From assembly GCA_051362555.1 (NCBI GenBank), contig CM120649.1, positions 1,612,001 through 1,676,000 on the forward strand: DNA of 64,000 nt. The letters are read 5' to 3'. The position numbers and the translations under genes are program-made. Under the pieces are notes generated by a model. The model was given only the letters and a program-made list of their open reading frames with translations, was not told where the DNA came from and did no database searches. Of this stretch, positions 27,325 to 41,111 are shown piece after piece. Source of the DNA: Lingula anatina. Lineage: Eukaryota > Animalia > Brachiopoda. How positions within the stretch are numbered: position 1 is the stretch's first letter; each line of letters begins with the position of its first letter.

Positions 27325-28971
27325 CTAAGTGGAATGTTTCTTGATGAAGTCTGCAACTTTGGCATACGAAAAAGCAATGTTCTCCCTGAAGAATGCTGAA
27401 AAAAAATCACTGTTTAATAGAAAAAGTAACTGGTATATTTCAAAATACCGTTAAACTTCCGAGGAGCTTAACACTTTTATTAACAGACCAAAATGTGTCA
27501 CCTTTTATGCACTGTATCCACCCAAATGTTTACTTTACCCCATCTACGATGGCCAAGTTATAAAGACTCCTCGTTATTTTATCCGATACAAGTCGTTAAA
27601 GCTAAGGCAGCCTAGTCACCTGGTAGAACGAAATATGAATGGACCACGCCCTTCATTACGACCAGCTCCGTCTCCACGCCTGCGTCCTTTAATTTCTGTA
27701 CATATTCTTAAAAGAGAAAAATAAATATAGTTACAAATACACGGTGCAATTGACAATACCAGTACGTTGATAATTTCATGGTCTAATAAAGAAGCACCAA
27801 TAATTTTTTAAATCACAATTCTACATGAATCTCTACAAACTGTTTTATCCACACTAAGAAAGTTTATCTGTTCGGCATATATTCACCCTGAGGTACAAAA
27901 TGCTAATGATGACTATCTCTTGCCGCCCTCCGAGGCCGTTTCATCAAGACCCCATTCACATAGACACCATGGGTCTACGTAAATCGATCCGACATTGCGG
28001 GAACTCCCGCTGAGTGCAATCTGCAATCCTGGCACTGGGTACATGTGAAGAATACCGAAAAGGTGGTGATTTTACAAGAACGTTGGCAACAGGAGAAGGC
28101 ATGATCGGTTAAGCTGATTGCAGTCAGCGAGAGTCCCTGCAGAGCTGGGTCGATCCACGCAGACCGATGATGTCTATGGGAATGAGGTCTAAGGTTGATG
28201 GTCATGAAGGAGCCTGGTACTGAAACTGGAGATGAAGACCTGCCACGTCGAACATTACTAAAAACACAGCATTGATTAATTACCCCCTAACAGCTTCAGT
28301 AGGCGTGTCAGATACCAGAGCGGCGTAAGCTGAAAGCAATTTAGCGAGAATCCCCTCGGAGAAGGACCGATTCCGCTAGATCGAAGTAGGTATGGGAATG
28401 GGGTCTAAGATTCGGCCTACGGAAACCGCCGAGGTTTCCCGAAAGATACAAACCCATGTTTTCGTCCACCAAGACGTCACTTCCTGTCACGATACACAAC
28501 GCAGGCGGAAGATGGCTGAAGGACTGTCGCAGCAATGGAGAGGCACGCGGATCACTCTTTTCTTCTTCGTTATTTAAGAAGTGATTAGCATACCTGGAAC
28601 GATAATGATAATAATAATAAATGTAATAAAAGTACACTTCTTTCAGCAAGTTTTGATATTTGCTATTTTACTATTATACTCGTTTTCATATTTTCTTTCC
28701 TCGAAAGTAGTCACTTATTAGAATGAAATTGCATTTTACTGTGAACACAGCAAGAGCAGGCGAATGGGAACGGAATGGAACCATTTGGTTTCATACCACT
28801 GCATCTGTTTCTCTGTCAGCGAGTAGCCATCTGAGTAAAGTTTGTAGGATGCTGTGTTACAGCGAAGGTCGAACACAGGATAGACTAAAACCTGGAGAAA
28901 GACGATTGTGTTATAGCACCGCGCACTTTCTTCTGCATTAGACATTGGTATTATAGAAGTAGGGTTAGATA

Positions 28972-29008
<37 letters not shown>

Positions 29009-29262
29009 GCTCAAAGAAAACGGTCTACTTGATGTGTTTCAGTTATTGTTGAAACTGGCCCACGAGAAATCATCACCATGTGACCATGATTATAAGTTAA
29101 TAAAATGCTGCGAACTTTTGGTTATTAGAATACATTAAGATCCGTTAAGTATTTTACCTGAAATGAGACACCAGGAACATCATGTGCCGCAGACGCTGCT
29201 AAATGTCCGCCTGCGCTGTCACCACATACACCGATCTTGCTACTGACTGATCCACCTGGAAA

Positions 29263-29297
<35 letters not shown>

Positions 29298-31883
29298 ATA
29301 GTTGAAGTTCTTGAATATATTGGTAAACTATACCGTTACGGTTAACGAAGCAGGCTTCATCTAATCAATGCTTCAATTTTTCCCAAATGTGACCTGATCT
29401 TCTTTGTTTTGAAAAGATATTTAAAAAACCGTTTTATTCGTCACGCATAATTATGAAGTTAAATATCAAAACGTTCAGGCTTTATAAACGGGTTAGGTGT
29501 TTTCGAACGCGAGCCTCAAATTTGTTAGCACAAATCCCCAAACTAACGACTCAACTCACAAATAAAGAAGCCCGACTTAAAATCTGTAACCTCAAGCACA
29601 GTGCAAGGACCCACAATCGCGATTCCGCTGATCTACACGTTCGGTACGTGCCAAATGAGCCGAAGATTGTGGAGAACGCATTACTGTCATTGAGCAGAGG
29701 AAAGCTGGTCAAATTGTTTGTGTGGTCAGCGCTGTGCTCGTGGCTGCTTATTTTACATTGGGTTTCTTAATTTGTGACTTGAGTGTTTAATTTGTGTATA
29801 TGTCCTTCAGAATGTAAGGCTCGTGTTACCATACGGCAATTATCGTTTACGAGGCCTGAAGCTGCTCGCCTATTTTCTCCTTGTTCTCCATGCACCACCT
29901 AACGGCGACCTCAGCGTCCTCTAATGCGGCAGGAAACTTGTGCTCTGGCGCCAAACGGTACTCCACGCTTACAAATATACAACCCACGGTGCTGCAACAA
30001 ATACCAGTGTAATAACTCAAACATGACACCTCATTCCCACCGGCACCATCGGTCTAAGTAGATCGTTTTTCTACCGTTTTTCTCTATGTAACGTCAGTCA
30101 AAAAGTGGCCAATCATCGGCCTCGCTCTCTGGCCAATTTTTGAATTCCTTTGACAGGACCGCCTCAGCGGTCGTTTACGGCCTTGTGCAGTTTGCTAGGC
30201 ACGTGATGTAGCATGTGATGTAGCATGCGAAAAGTGTATATATTACTTATATCGATCGATTCATAATCACCGGTTTTTCCGTATTCTTCTCAACGTCAGG
30301 AGGAGGCGAGTCTTTCAGTTAAGCTGATTGCACTTAGCAAGACTCCCCTCAAAGTAGGTTGGTCTATGAAGACCAATAGTGTCTATGGGAATGGGGCCTT
30401 AAAGACCATGAAAATTCGTGTTTTAAATTAAAAGAAAAGCGATAAATAGCTTTTAGAATTATATCCGGAAATTTGTACCCTCTTAACATCATCACCATGA
30501 TATGACATATCGTAAAATTGTGGTAAATTTATGACAAATAAAACGTTTTTTTACTTCTATGAACTAATTTTCCATATTTTCTTATTTATTCATCGATTTA
30601 TTTCTGATCAGGTTAACACATTTAAGGAGCAATATATGCCTTAACTGTTTCATAACTCTATTATAAGCTACTCACTCGGTGAGAAGTTTGAGTGCAGGAT
30701 CGTGAGTTTTTCTGGAGCAGATCACCCAGCCTCCACCGTGGAAAAACACCACTATAGCGACATCTGGCGGGCACGGTTTCGGCTTGTATACCCAAGCCGG
30801 TATTCCTGCTGTAAAGATACAAAAATGAAAGAAAACGGCGCTGTGGTAATAGATTAAAAAATAACTCTGTAGAGTAATTACTGGATCACAGACAACATTA
30901 ATGGTAATTACTTGACCTTTTCAAGGGGCAAAAATTATCAAACTTTCAGATACTTAAATTTATTATCACACAAATTATATTTCTATATAGCATGTTTCTT
31001 ATCACTAGAAAAACGTTGAGCAATAAAATCAGCAAGGCAAAGACGTATATTTCAAACATCACACCTGTTTTTTTTCTTATTTTTTATTGATATTTTATTC
31101 CACCGTTTTTCTCTACGTAACGTCAGTCAAAAAGTGGCCATTCATCGGCCTCGCTCCTTTGGCAATTTTTGAATCCCTTTGACAGGATCTCCTCAGCGGT
31201 CGTTTACGGCCTTGTGCAGTTTGCTAGGCACGTGAGTTACATGTGGTTTAGCATGCAAAAAGTCTATATATTACTTACCTGGGTCATGTGGAGACGGTAT
31301 GGTGACGTCATCTCTTTCACCTTTGAAGTCATATTTGAAACCGGAGTGGAAATATTCTACCGTCGCCTCTGATGATTCGCGTGACTCTTTGACAGTATCC
31401 ATGTCTTCAAAGCTCTTTCCTCCACGCTGTTGTCAAAATGAGTAATTGTGGATGACATGGAAAATATCTTGTGCCATGTTTTCAAGATCTGCCCTGGTAA
31501 TTTTGGCGTACGTTTAGTTTAAATTGATTGCATTCCCTAATAATGACACCCATAAACGCAAAAGCTCTGTCACGCACACAAATTACACGCTTGCGCGTAC
31601 ACATATTTACACACAAACCAATTATAAGTTCACATTTCATACACCTTAATCTGAGCAAACGATTCTAATAGCTACTGTTAAACTGCGACCTTTCCGATTA
31701 GCGTAGCATATTGATGAGGAGATTTGAAAATTAAGTAACTGGCACGAATTTGAAACCCTGGCTTGGTGACTCCCAGGGACGCAATTAGTCAACGAGAGTG
31801 AAGTGTGACCTTACTTGTAGCGCTGCCTTGAGAAACGCCTGCGACTCCTCGTGGAGAGTGGCGAACGCTGCAGGTAGAGCCAT
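27325..31883 (-). CDS. Alpha/beta hydrolase fold-3 (GDXG / HSL-family) carboxylesterase, 320 aa
   Basis: Exons 31815-31883, 31279-31426, 30676-30808, 29870-29991, 29158-29255, 28797-28891, 28454-28593, 27620-27706 and 27325-27395 (963 nt). Motifs [35 protein letters not shown]...GSDVLVDE and GVVHSY give a complete Ser-Asp-His triad. Intron 4 needs a GC donor. Confidence 0.93.
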
Positions 31884-32466
31884 CGCGTTGAGACTGCTAA
31901 TGTACTGGTCACTACTTTAAGTCGATCGTGAGTTATCAGCCTGGTGAGTGTATAGGTCAGAAGATCGTGACATGTTTGCAGGTTTGTTGACTTGACCCAG
32001 ATAGAACCACTGTATGCGATAACAATATGCAGCAGATCTACCGACTTTTGGATCGATGATGAAATAGCCTACGTACACCAGTGAGGCGATTTACCTCTTG
32101 CGATTTCGGTGGGATGTGATTATAAATAAAATGTTTCTATTTATAAACAGAGATCTGGAGCCATAGGGCGTGTTTCATAAGTTCCACCTAATCGCCTGAA
32201 TATGTTACTTGTATTATAGTTAATAAACAGAGATCTAGAGCCATAGAGCGTGTTCCACCTAATCACCCGTTATATCACTTGCTATATTATAGTTTATAAA
32301 CAGAGACCTTGAGCCATATAACTTGATATCAGTCTATAGAAGTTACTCTTACTGGGACTTGTTGCTATCTTTTGGTATCAACATTTGCGAAGGTGAATTT
32401 TCTTTGTATTTCCTTTTGCTGATACAACTTACACATTGAGGGCAATATAAGAAGGATACGGCCTAC

Positions 32467-33172
32467 CTTTATCGCACGATTTTCCGTGATAACCCAGGGG
32501 ACAAATGTGTGGCATTTTAAACTGCACACTTTGCGTCATTCCAGCATTCATTCATGCGGTACAGATCTGAAATGATATATTGGAAGGATCATAAAATTCT
32601 ACGCATGCTCTTTCAGTTGATATATTTCAATTCTTATGATTTAAGCAGCTACTAAGACAGGGTAACTGATATCTATTGAATGCATTTTGTACAGAATATC
32701 CACCTGACACTTTTTTGCGTACTTTTGCTCAGCCCTTTTTCATTTTCTTCAGAATAAAAAGCATTTAAATAGATGTTTTCAATTGTGCGTATACATAGGA
32801 CCACCCTGCGCGATCAACAAATCAAAAGATGATGTCAGCTCTCCCCATTGATCATTTTGCAGAAAAAAACTAAAAATAAATAAAGAAAGAAAGAAAGAAA
32901 GACATAGTAAATAAATAAATAAAGAAAGAAAAACTGTTACATATAGAGGAAGACCCACTGCTAATGGATAAATTGTATTAAATGAAGCATATCTGTTGGT
33001 ATAAATTGTTGCAATATGAAACTTGCTAAATTCTAACATATTTCTAACATTTTGTATAACTATTTCCTGTTATCCACAAAGGACGAAATTGTTATCAGGA
33101 CACTGCTTACGAAATTTTGCATCTACTTCCGAAAAAATCCCCAAGGCAAGAGCACTGAAAGCCAGACGGATC
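32467..33172 (-). pseudogene. Inverted pseudogene of the secreted EGF-module family
   Basis: 33111-33172 is the 3' half of the EGF1 exon (DPSGFQCSCLGDFFGSRC; acceptor deleted, +1 nt before gtaagc). 32467-32566 is the EGF2 exon (100 vs 114 nt; first Cys lost, TAA, frameshift; ICPLGYHGKSC). Flanking introns match the reverse complement of ~60410-60720. Confidence 0.88.
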
Positions 33173-33735
33173 CTCAACACTAAATGATTTGAAAACGTCC
33201 GCAGAGAGTACTCCAATCTGGGGCAGGAGGTCATGTGTTTGATCCCCATGACCTGGTCATACCAAATACCATTATAATAGTATATGCTGTCTTCTGGTGG
33301 AGCACTCAGCAAATAGAGGTTGGAGAAGGAAATAGACCTGGTCATATGTTAGTGCTGGTTATTGTGAATGCTCATTACGAGGGCCACATATGCTGCAACT
33401 TGGACTGGGATGAAACGATTTGAAAAGTTTTCAATAAACGATGCCCTGTTTACTGTCAGAGACTGTTTGCAGTTTTTTCATAGGCTTCGTTTGTTCAGCA
33501 TGAAAGGTGTATTTTATATTTGACCTAGAACACTTACATATAGGGATTTCTATTAACACGTTTGTTGCTTGGCAAATATTAGTTTTGAGGTAAAGCGACA
33601 AAGAAAACTCTGTTAGTAAATTTTTACTTGCAATATCGTTCAGTCAAATCAAATGTATTATATTCTTTTTTCCGTGACAGCGGTCTAACTGTCAAATTTT
33701 TCTCTCTCCCCCTCTCTCTCTTTCATGGTCGTGTG

Positions 33736-33786
<51 letters not shown>

Positions 33787-36737
33787 GTGTTGCGCACGCC
33801 TTAACAGCTAGGTAAGGGCGAGATGGTATTGGAATAACCTCCAAAAAGTTCAACCAGAGAAGGCCTCTCACACCAATGAGATACTCGTATTTCATTTGCA
33901 TCACATATAGTCAATATCTATGCCACTTTGATACAGAACGTCGAAGTTCAACATAATGGAAACCCCTATGACGTGTTCGGTAATATGAAATTACTTTCAG
34001 TATATGACTAATGAAAAGTGATGCTTGTTTACTGCCTCTACCTTTCCATACAGTTTGGTATCCATGTCTTTCTACGAATCATATCAAAACAATATCATTA
34101 CTTTTATATTTGAATAATGACAAAATTAAAGTATGAACCTGAATGTGTCTCATACAAACCTGTGCGTGCCATTAATCTAATACGTCTATACTTTGTCATT
34201 CATATACCTGTACATGGTTTCGTGTTTTAGAAATAAAGCTTCGACATTTGCCAATTGCAAGGTTTCAGCTCTCCCTATTTTATACAATTGGCCAAAAATA
34301 TGGCTTTTCTTGTAACCATAGCAACACGCATTGTTGGGAGTAAATAAAGCCGATATTGCTGCTTTGGGCCAAGGTCTGGTATAGGACAAAAAAGGAAGGG
34401 GATATATTTTTGACCCTTGTCACATATATTTGTTTCCTACAAACGTCTTTCAAGACCATTAAAATGCATCGCCACTGTCACAGTGTACCTCGTGGTAATC
34501 GCGGCTCATATGAGAACCCACCAAGTCTCGATCGTGCCCACTTTAAACATTGCAAGTCGTTTAGCAGAAAGACTCCATTTGACCCAGAGAGCATACCTGC
34601 AGGACCGACGATTCTATATTCAAACAAGCACTATTGTGATTGGATGGCTCCCCACGTGCCAAGTATTTTACACTGATATCATTTGCAGTATATTATTAAC
34701 CAGTAGGAAAGAGAATTTTATTGCCTGACCTGACATCAACCAGGAAAAACGAGGTACGTTTTATGTTATCTGAGAAATGTGTTGATCAGTGCAATTCTGA
34801 AAGTTGTTGGTGATCCCCGGCGCACACCGATTGTTGCTAAACAAAGAATGAAATGTTTCTCAGTGGTCCTGGTGGAAGGTAGTGCTTCTCTTCAAATATA
34901 TGTTCAGTTTGGCCGAGAAACTGAATGCGTCCAAAGACTGCCTTACAGGATAGTTCAGACTTCGAACAACTGCTTTTCTAATTTTAAGAGAGTGATAATG
35001 AAGGTATGAGAAAAGGCATTTTCCAGTTGTTGAAACTACTTTTTTTAGACTCAACCATAGAAACTCAATCATAGAGCATATGCTATTTCAAGGGAATTCA
35101 CCATAGATTTATGGATGCAGACTATCAAGCAAATTGAATTAAAGCTTATTGCCAAGCTACGGGCGTGTTAATAGACGCCCGTCGATCCTGCAGGTAGGAT
35201 CTCTGAGACAAATGTGTTATATCCATATCTGCTAGACAAAAACGACAGGTATTTTCATAGCCTGCAGGTGTCTTGTAACGTTAGTTTTTAGCCACATTTG
35301 GGTATTAAGATGAGCATGATCGTGACTTGATGGCTTCTTATGTGCCACGATTATCACAAGGTACACTGGCAATGCAGTTTAATGGTCTTGAAAGGGCAGA
35401 CGTCTGAATGAAACAAATATATATATGTGAATGCAGTCAAAATATATATCCCTTTCTTTTTGTCCTTTCCCAGACCTTGGTCCATATGCATCACAACCAG
35501 CTTATATACTCGTAACACTGATTGGTGCTATGGTGTCATAGCAAGAAGTCTTCAATGATTTTTCAGTAATCTCTTGGGCAGTAACATTCACAACTGATAT
35601 CTGACTCCATTTGCAAGCGTTGGCTGTGGACGTAACTTAAGGCTCCTTCAAGACCACACTTGTTTAGAGCTCTTATCTGGTTTTTGGTTTGTTGCTGAAA
35701 TTTATTTTTTTTTGTGCACTCCACAAACGTTAGGAAGTGAAGAAGGTATTGCACAATTACAAATAATATAATTATATTTGATTGTGTAGCTATTCAGGGA
35801 ATCATTTTTATTCTTGGAATATAAAAATAACAAATACTGACATTTTTAGCGTTTAACACACAAAAAAAAAAAAAAAAGAATCAAAATAGTATACTCAATC
35901 TATGTTGTTACAAATTTTACCATTGCGACTATCCCACTTTTCATGATACTTGTTATCATGAGACTGATGTTATTGCTGATACATTGGTGAGCTTTGCTTA
36001 GTACAATAATAAAACACGCTGAGTGAGGTTACTGTGTGACAGAATGTTCAGTGAGGTTAAGCTTCAATTTTGTATTGAAAGTGAAAAGTTAAAAACTTAT
36101 TATCAATATTATTATAAATATATTGCACAGATGAAATGTCTAAAGTAGCATTTGGAATACTTAATTTTGAAAATTGTTTTGCATTATGTGAAAAAACATG
36201 AAAAAATGTGCATCAGCGTATTTTTTGTATTATTATTATTATTATTTTGATTAAATAATATCCCATAAACAAATTATTCTTCACGTGTAAATTTACAGCA
36301 AACAAAAAATATTCAAAAAGCCCTGCGATCCCATGGCACAGTTTCAGTTTCATCTTTTCTGTCACGTTTACGTCTAATGATACCATCTTTTATAAGCTAC
36401 CAAGCTGATCAAGATGTCATCGTAACCAGCACCCAAACTTGGTGCCATATTAAATTATATTGGATGCTTTTTAAAATGATGAATCACGCGCGCGCACAGG
36501 TAACTGCAACGATTTTGCCATGAGCATTGGTTGCAAATTGTAATGCTCCCGAAAAAGATAATATATTGCCATATCGCCTTATTTGCGTGCCTCGTAATCT
36601 GCAATGTTTTCTTAACACAAGCCTGATTTAGTTTAAAGATTGTCATACCTGTATGATGATGCTGAAATCTGAATATCTTATTTTATTCCAGCATAGAAGT
36701 GCTTTAAAAGAGTACTATATCCAACATCAACCAATCA

Positions 36738-38849
36738 ATGATGGGATTGTTGTTCTGCCCGAATCTTGCTCTGGCCTTGGTGACGTGCGTCTTTCTCAGC
36801 CAAACTCAGCTGAGTGAAACTTGTAAGTGTACAGAGACCAACTTGACATCCAAGTTCATGTAAATAGTATGTTTCCAATTCTGAGATATGGTATCAATTT
36901 TAGTTTCAGCATTTTGGTCATTCTAAAAATTCCTAGGGCATTCCGACAGCATTCGAAACATACTGATCGCGTTCGAGGGAGAACAGAAATGGCAAGACAC
37001 TGCAAATCCTGCTAGAATGCACCGGAATGCAACTCGAATGCATCTCCATGGCTGGCGAAATCCTATTTCAGCCAGGAATCGAACTACACTACGGTATTTG
37101 AAGTGTATTCTAAATATTCTGACTGCATTCTGAAAGCATTATCGATATTCCTAGTTTTCCACCTGCATTCGAGTTGCATTTGAGAGCTAATACAGCCGAA
37201 ATGTGCTATCATGCTGTTAAATCATCAAAAAAAGGCGACCCTGCTTGTTTTGGCAGTAAATCCTATGAGATGGAGAAAGAACTTTCAGAAGAGGTGTGTT
37301 TGCTATTGATGCTTTGAGTGATACTGAGTCCATTGATTATTTAACATAATTTATCAAATTGACAAATTGCTACAATTGCTACAAAAAAGGACCCATGCAA
37401 TCTCCGTTAGACAAATAATGTTTTATTTAACTAAAAGATACCTTTTAAAACGACTAAAAATTCTACATTGCTATTGACAGAATCTGCCAAACGTGCCAAG
37501 TCAGCCATTTTGTTAGAAAGTATGTCGCGACCTTGCCCTTCCACTGCAAATTGTAAACATTGCATGAGGCACAACTAATCCAATGTCAGCTGTTTTGACA
37601 CTGACACTAAAATATCTTGTAGATATTATTCCGATTATTTTAATGAATGCACCATCTCGAAATATATTTTCTGTGGGTAATTTATTTCCCAAATTTGGTA
37701 TAGATCACTTTTTGCAACTATCATGACTTTTACAGTGTTTATAGCAACCAGTTACATAACGGGGCTGCTTTTTCCAAATTTGGTATCGGATAAATTTCTT
37801 ATCCACTGGATCAGTATCATGCTGTTTATCCAGCCTTTGTGAAACACAAATATATATAGATGATAACTATCCAGAGATAAGAGATTTATACCATGGGTAG
37901 TGTTATCCATAGTCCTATTAAACTAGTTTAAAATATTCAAGTATTCAGTATCAGCCAAGTGCCAACGTACATGTATTTTATTTGATCTCAGCAAAATGTG
38001 GGGAAAACGTCAAGTGTCCTTTCAGTCCGTTCAATGCCCCATTGCCTGGGAACAATGACAACTGCGATTCATTAAATGACCAACTTTGTGTTTGCAACGA
38101 GGGTTACAGTGGGGACGGATTTAACTGCATTAGTAAGTATTATAAAACATTTGGATTTTTGAATAGTTCCGTTTTTTTTTCTAAGCTTTCTATTGTAAGG
38201 CAGGCCAACATTTTGGATACTTAATGAAACAGAACAACGGCATTATTTTTTATAGAGATATAATCAAACACGTTTTGTTGCACGATCACGTTCATTTTAT
38301 GTTTTTGACTCAAATGCTCTGTCATCATTACTTCACTCGTTGATAGCTAGGCGGCACCGAAAATTAACACTTAAGACCGTTGCAAGGACCATATAAGTTG
38401 GTGGTTGAAAAAATAAATGATATAAATATAAATGATAAATTCAGAAATTTAACGTCCGGTAATGTCTATATTAATGGGAACTAATCAAATATTTGGGGAA
38501 AGGGTAGTATGTATTACATAAAGATATGTACTTATATATACGACGTTAATGAAAGTCTGCATGTTCATACGTATTTATTATTGTGCGTTGTTAAGCATTT
38601 GATATGCATGACAATATCTAAAAGTATTTAAAACGTTGAAAGTTCCGAGGGGCTTTCAAAGCCATTATTTCCACATAATTACCAACAATTTCATCTCTCT
38701 GTAATAATCATCATTTTAGTAAAAATGAAAACACTGAAGAATTTTGTTTGTACCTGTATATTACTGAATGCATCAAAATAGGCTCTAATATGAAAACGGC
38801 GTCAAGGTGTAAATAAAACATTTCTTCACTTACAGGATCAACGAAATAA
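36738..38849 (+). CDS. Secreted EGF-like protein paralog A (signal peptide + 1 atypical EGF module), 79 aa
   Basis: Exons 36738-36822, 37992-38132 and 38836-38849: MMGLLFCPNLALALVTCVFLSQTQLSET-SKCGENVKCPFSPFNAPLPGNNDNCDSLNDQLCVCNEGYSGDGFNCI-RSTK*. All introns are phase 1 GT-AG and conserved in the paralogs. Confidence 0.85.
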
Positions 38850-39121
38850 ACACCCAAAAAACGAAATAACTAAAATATACAGGAGAGGATGCACAATTAT
38901 TTGACTAATGTTAGAAAAAAATATATAATAAATATACATTTGGACATTCATTGAAAATTATATCTGAATTAAGGATATCAATTGAAAATAAAATATTTTG
39001 GGCATTACAATTAGTTCTTTTTAATTCTCCACAGTTTTCACATCTAATTTATCTCTGAAAATAAACTAATATGGGCATTGCGTTTGGTTATTTTTACTGC
39101 TTCACCATTTGCTGCACCATT

Positions 39122-40200
39122 TGGTGAGAACACAGGTGATTTAATGGAAACCTGTAAAACGAATAATATACCACGTATGATGTTACTACTCGACTTTGAG
39201 CGGGCATTCGATTCCTGGGAATTTGTCTACAAAGTGTTAGACTATATTAATTCTTGGCATAATTTTAAACACTATATGAAAACATTAAATATTGGTGGGA
39301 GTCTTTGTGTTACACAAAATGGTTTCTTCTCAAGATTTTAATATAGGTCGTGGATGCCGCCAAGGCGACCCAATCACCTTATGTTTTTTTTAAATTTGTG
39401 TGTTGAGATTTTAGCAGTGCTAATTAGAAATAACAAATATAAAAAAGGTACAAAAGTTTAAGAAAAGGAATAAAATGTGCTATCCAGAAAAAATGGCCTG
39501 AAATTATAACGTCAAAAGATATGCTTATTAGACCCTATAGACCAAAGTTAATAGAAGTAAGGCTTAAAGATAAAAAAGGTCAGGGACAATCTACAATATT
39601 CTACTTATGGCTAGTCTGAAAATGCAATGCAAGTCATCATATGCAGTGAAATGGGAAAATAACTTAAATTGGAAGAGAATTTCAATTGGACAATTGTTAA
39701 CAAAAACATATTTTTAAGTACAGAGGAAACAAAATTTAGATGGTTTCAGTATAGAATAGTGCATCAAATTTTGGCAACAAACAGATACTTCTATTGCATT
39801 AAGGTTAAAGATAGTAATGTATGTACCTTTTGTAAAACAGAAGTAGAAAGTATTGAACATCTTTTTTTGTGAATGTATGCTTGTTCAGTATCTATGGGCT
39901 AGATTTTAATCAATTAAAATAAGATGGTTAAATGAATATACAAAAAACAATAATTGAACTAAATAGTCGTGACATTATATTATTCGGCTCTAATAAGATA
40001 GCTTTAAATCAATTAATACTTTTTGTAAAAAATATATAAAATATATATATATATGAAGAGAAGTGAAGAAGCTAAGTTAAATTTTAATGAATTGGAAAAA
40101 ATGATAAGGGCATCATTAATACACTTGTTTCAGAAAGAAGAAGAATGAATGAGGAGTGAGTGAGTGAGCAAGAGAACAATTTACATAATTTGTAACAAAA
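39122..40200 (+). mobile_element. Degenerate, internally deleted L1/Tx1-type LINE fragment inserted just downstream of paralog A
   Basis: RT motifs LLDFERAFDS..WEF and GRGCRQGDP, plus a C-terminal FQYRIVHQILATN...CTFC...ESIEHLF zinc-knuckle region, with stops and frameshifts. Absent at the equivalent site after paralog B (~51160). Ends are approximate. Confidence 0.85.
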
Positions 40201-41111
40201 TTTTCTTTCTGGGAGAATAAATATATCTAAAACAATATAAATCCTTGTCGTACTTATTTAAAATATGAACAGAAATGGATATTGAAGACGTGCTGCGGTT
40301 AATGGAATATTTTTCATGTTTTTAATATTTCAATAACAAATAACATATTGCCTAACTTCGTGTTGGCCACAACAGACTCATAGCCAGCTGCAATAACAGG
40401 TCTATTTTATGGGTATCAGAACATGCTTCGTCAAAGGAATTGCAGGAAGTTATTTACTTTATTGAAGTTCCAACCAGTTTCTGTGTTAGGAAAAATATAT
40501 CTTTATGTTCGGATCAAGTCTGATAATTACTGTCGTACAAACCAAACCATCTTGCTGAGTTTAAATGTCACATAACTTTACAAATATATCACATTGGTAA
40601 TTTTTCTCTTTTCGACTAAATGCCCTTCAATATCAACATATAACTTTAAAAACTTTTAGATGAATATTTATTATATGTAAGGAGGAAGTTTTCTAATTGA
40701 CTTTTTTTTTGGTTTTCTTAAAGGGATAACAACTATTCATTTTGGCCAAATAATGCATTTTCCTTGGGTAAAGGGCAATTTTCCCAAATTTCCCAATGGT
40801 AAATGAATCCATTCCCTAATTCAAAGTTGGTCACTGTTTTCTTTTCTTTTTTTTTTTTTTTTTTTGAATATTCTCTTAAGAAGTTATTACGAAATGTAAC
40901 CATCTACATTGTACATGTACGTAGGTCACGTGATGTGATGACAAGCATAAACTCCATTAATGGACTTTTTGGTGGTAAAATAGAATTTATTATATTGCTA
41001 TGAGTTGTTTGTAATTTATTTATGGTGAAATATGGATATCTTCCGAATAGTTGTTATCCCTTCAACATTTTCAACTACACTTCAAAAGTCAAACCAAAAA
41101 TGATGTATTAT

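Noticed and set aside
36701-36712. TATA-like motif ~35 nt before each EGF-gene ATG
   Set aside because: It would leave a ~5-nt 5' UTR, it is degenerate in A, and it lies just downstream of a conserved acceptor-like site, so it is not called as a promoter.
40925-40936. Isolated gtcacgtgat CLEAR/E-box
   Set aside because: It is not near any identified gene start and is not seen in the paralogous spacer.
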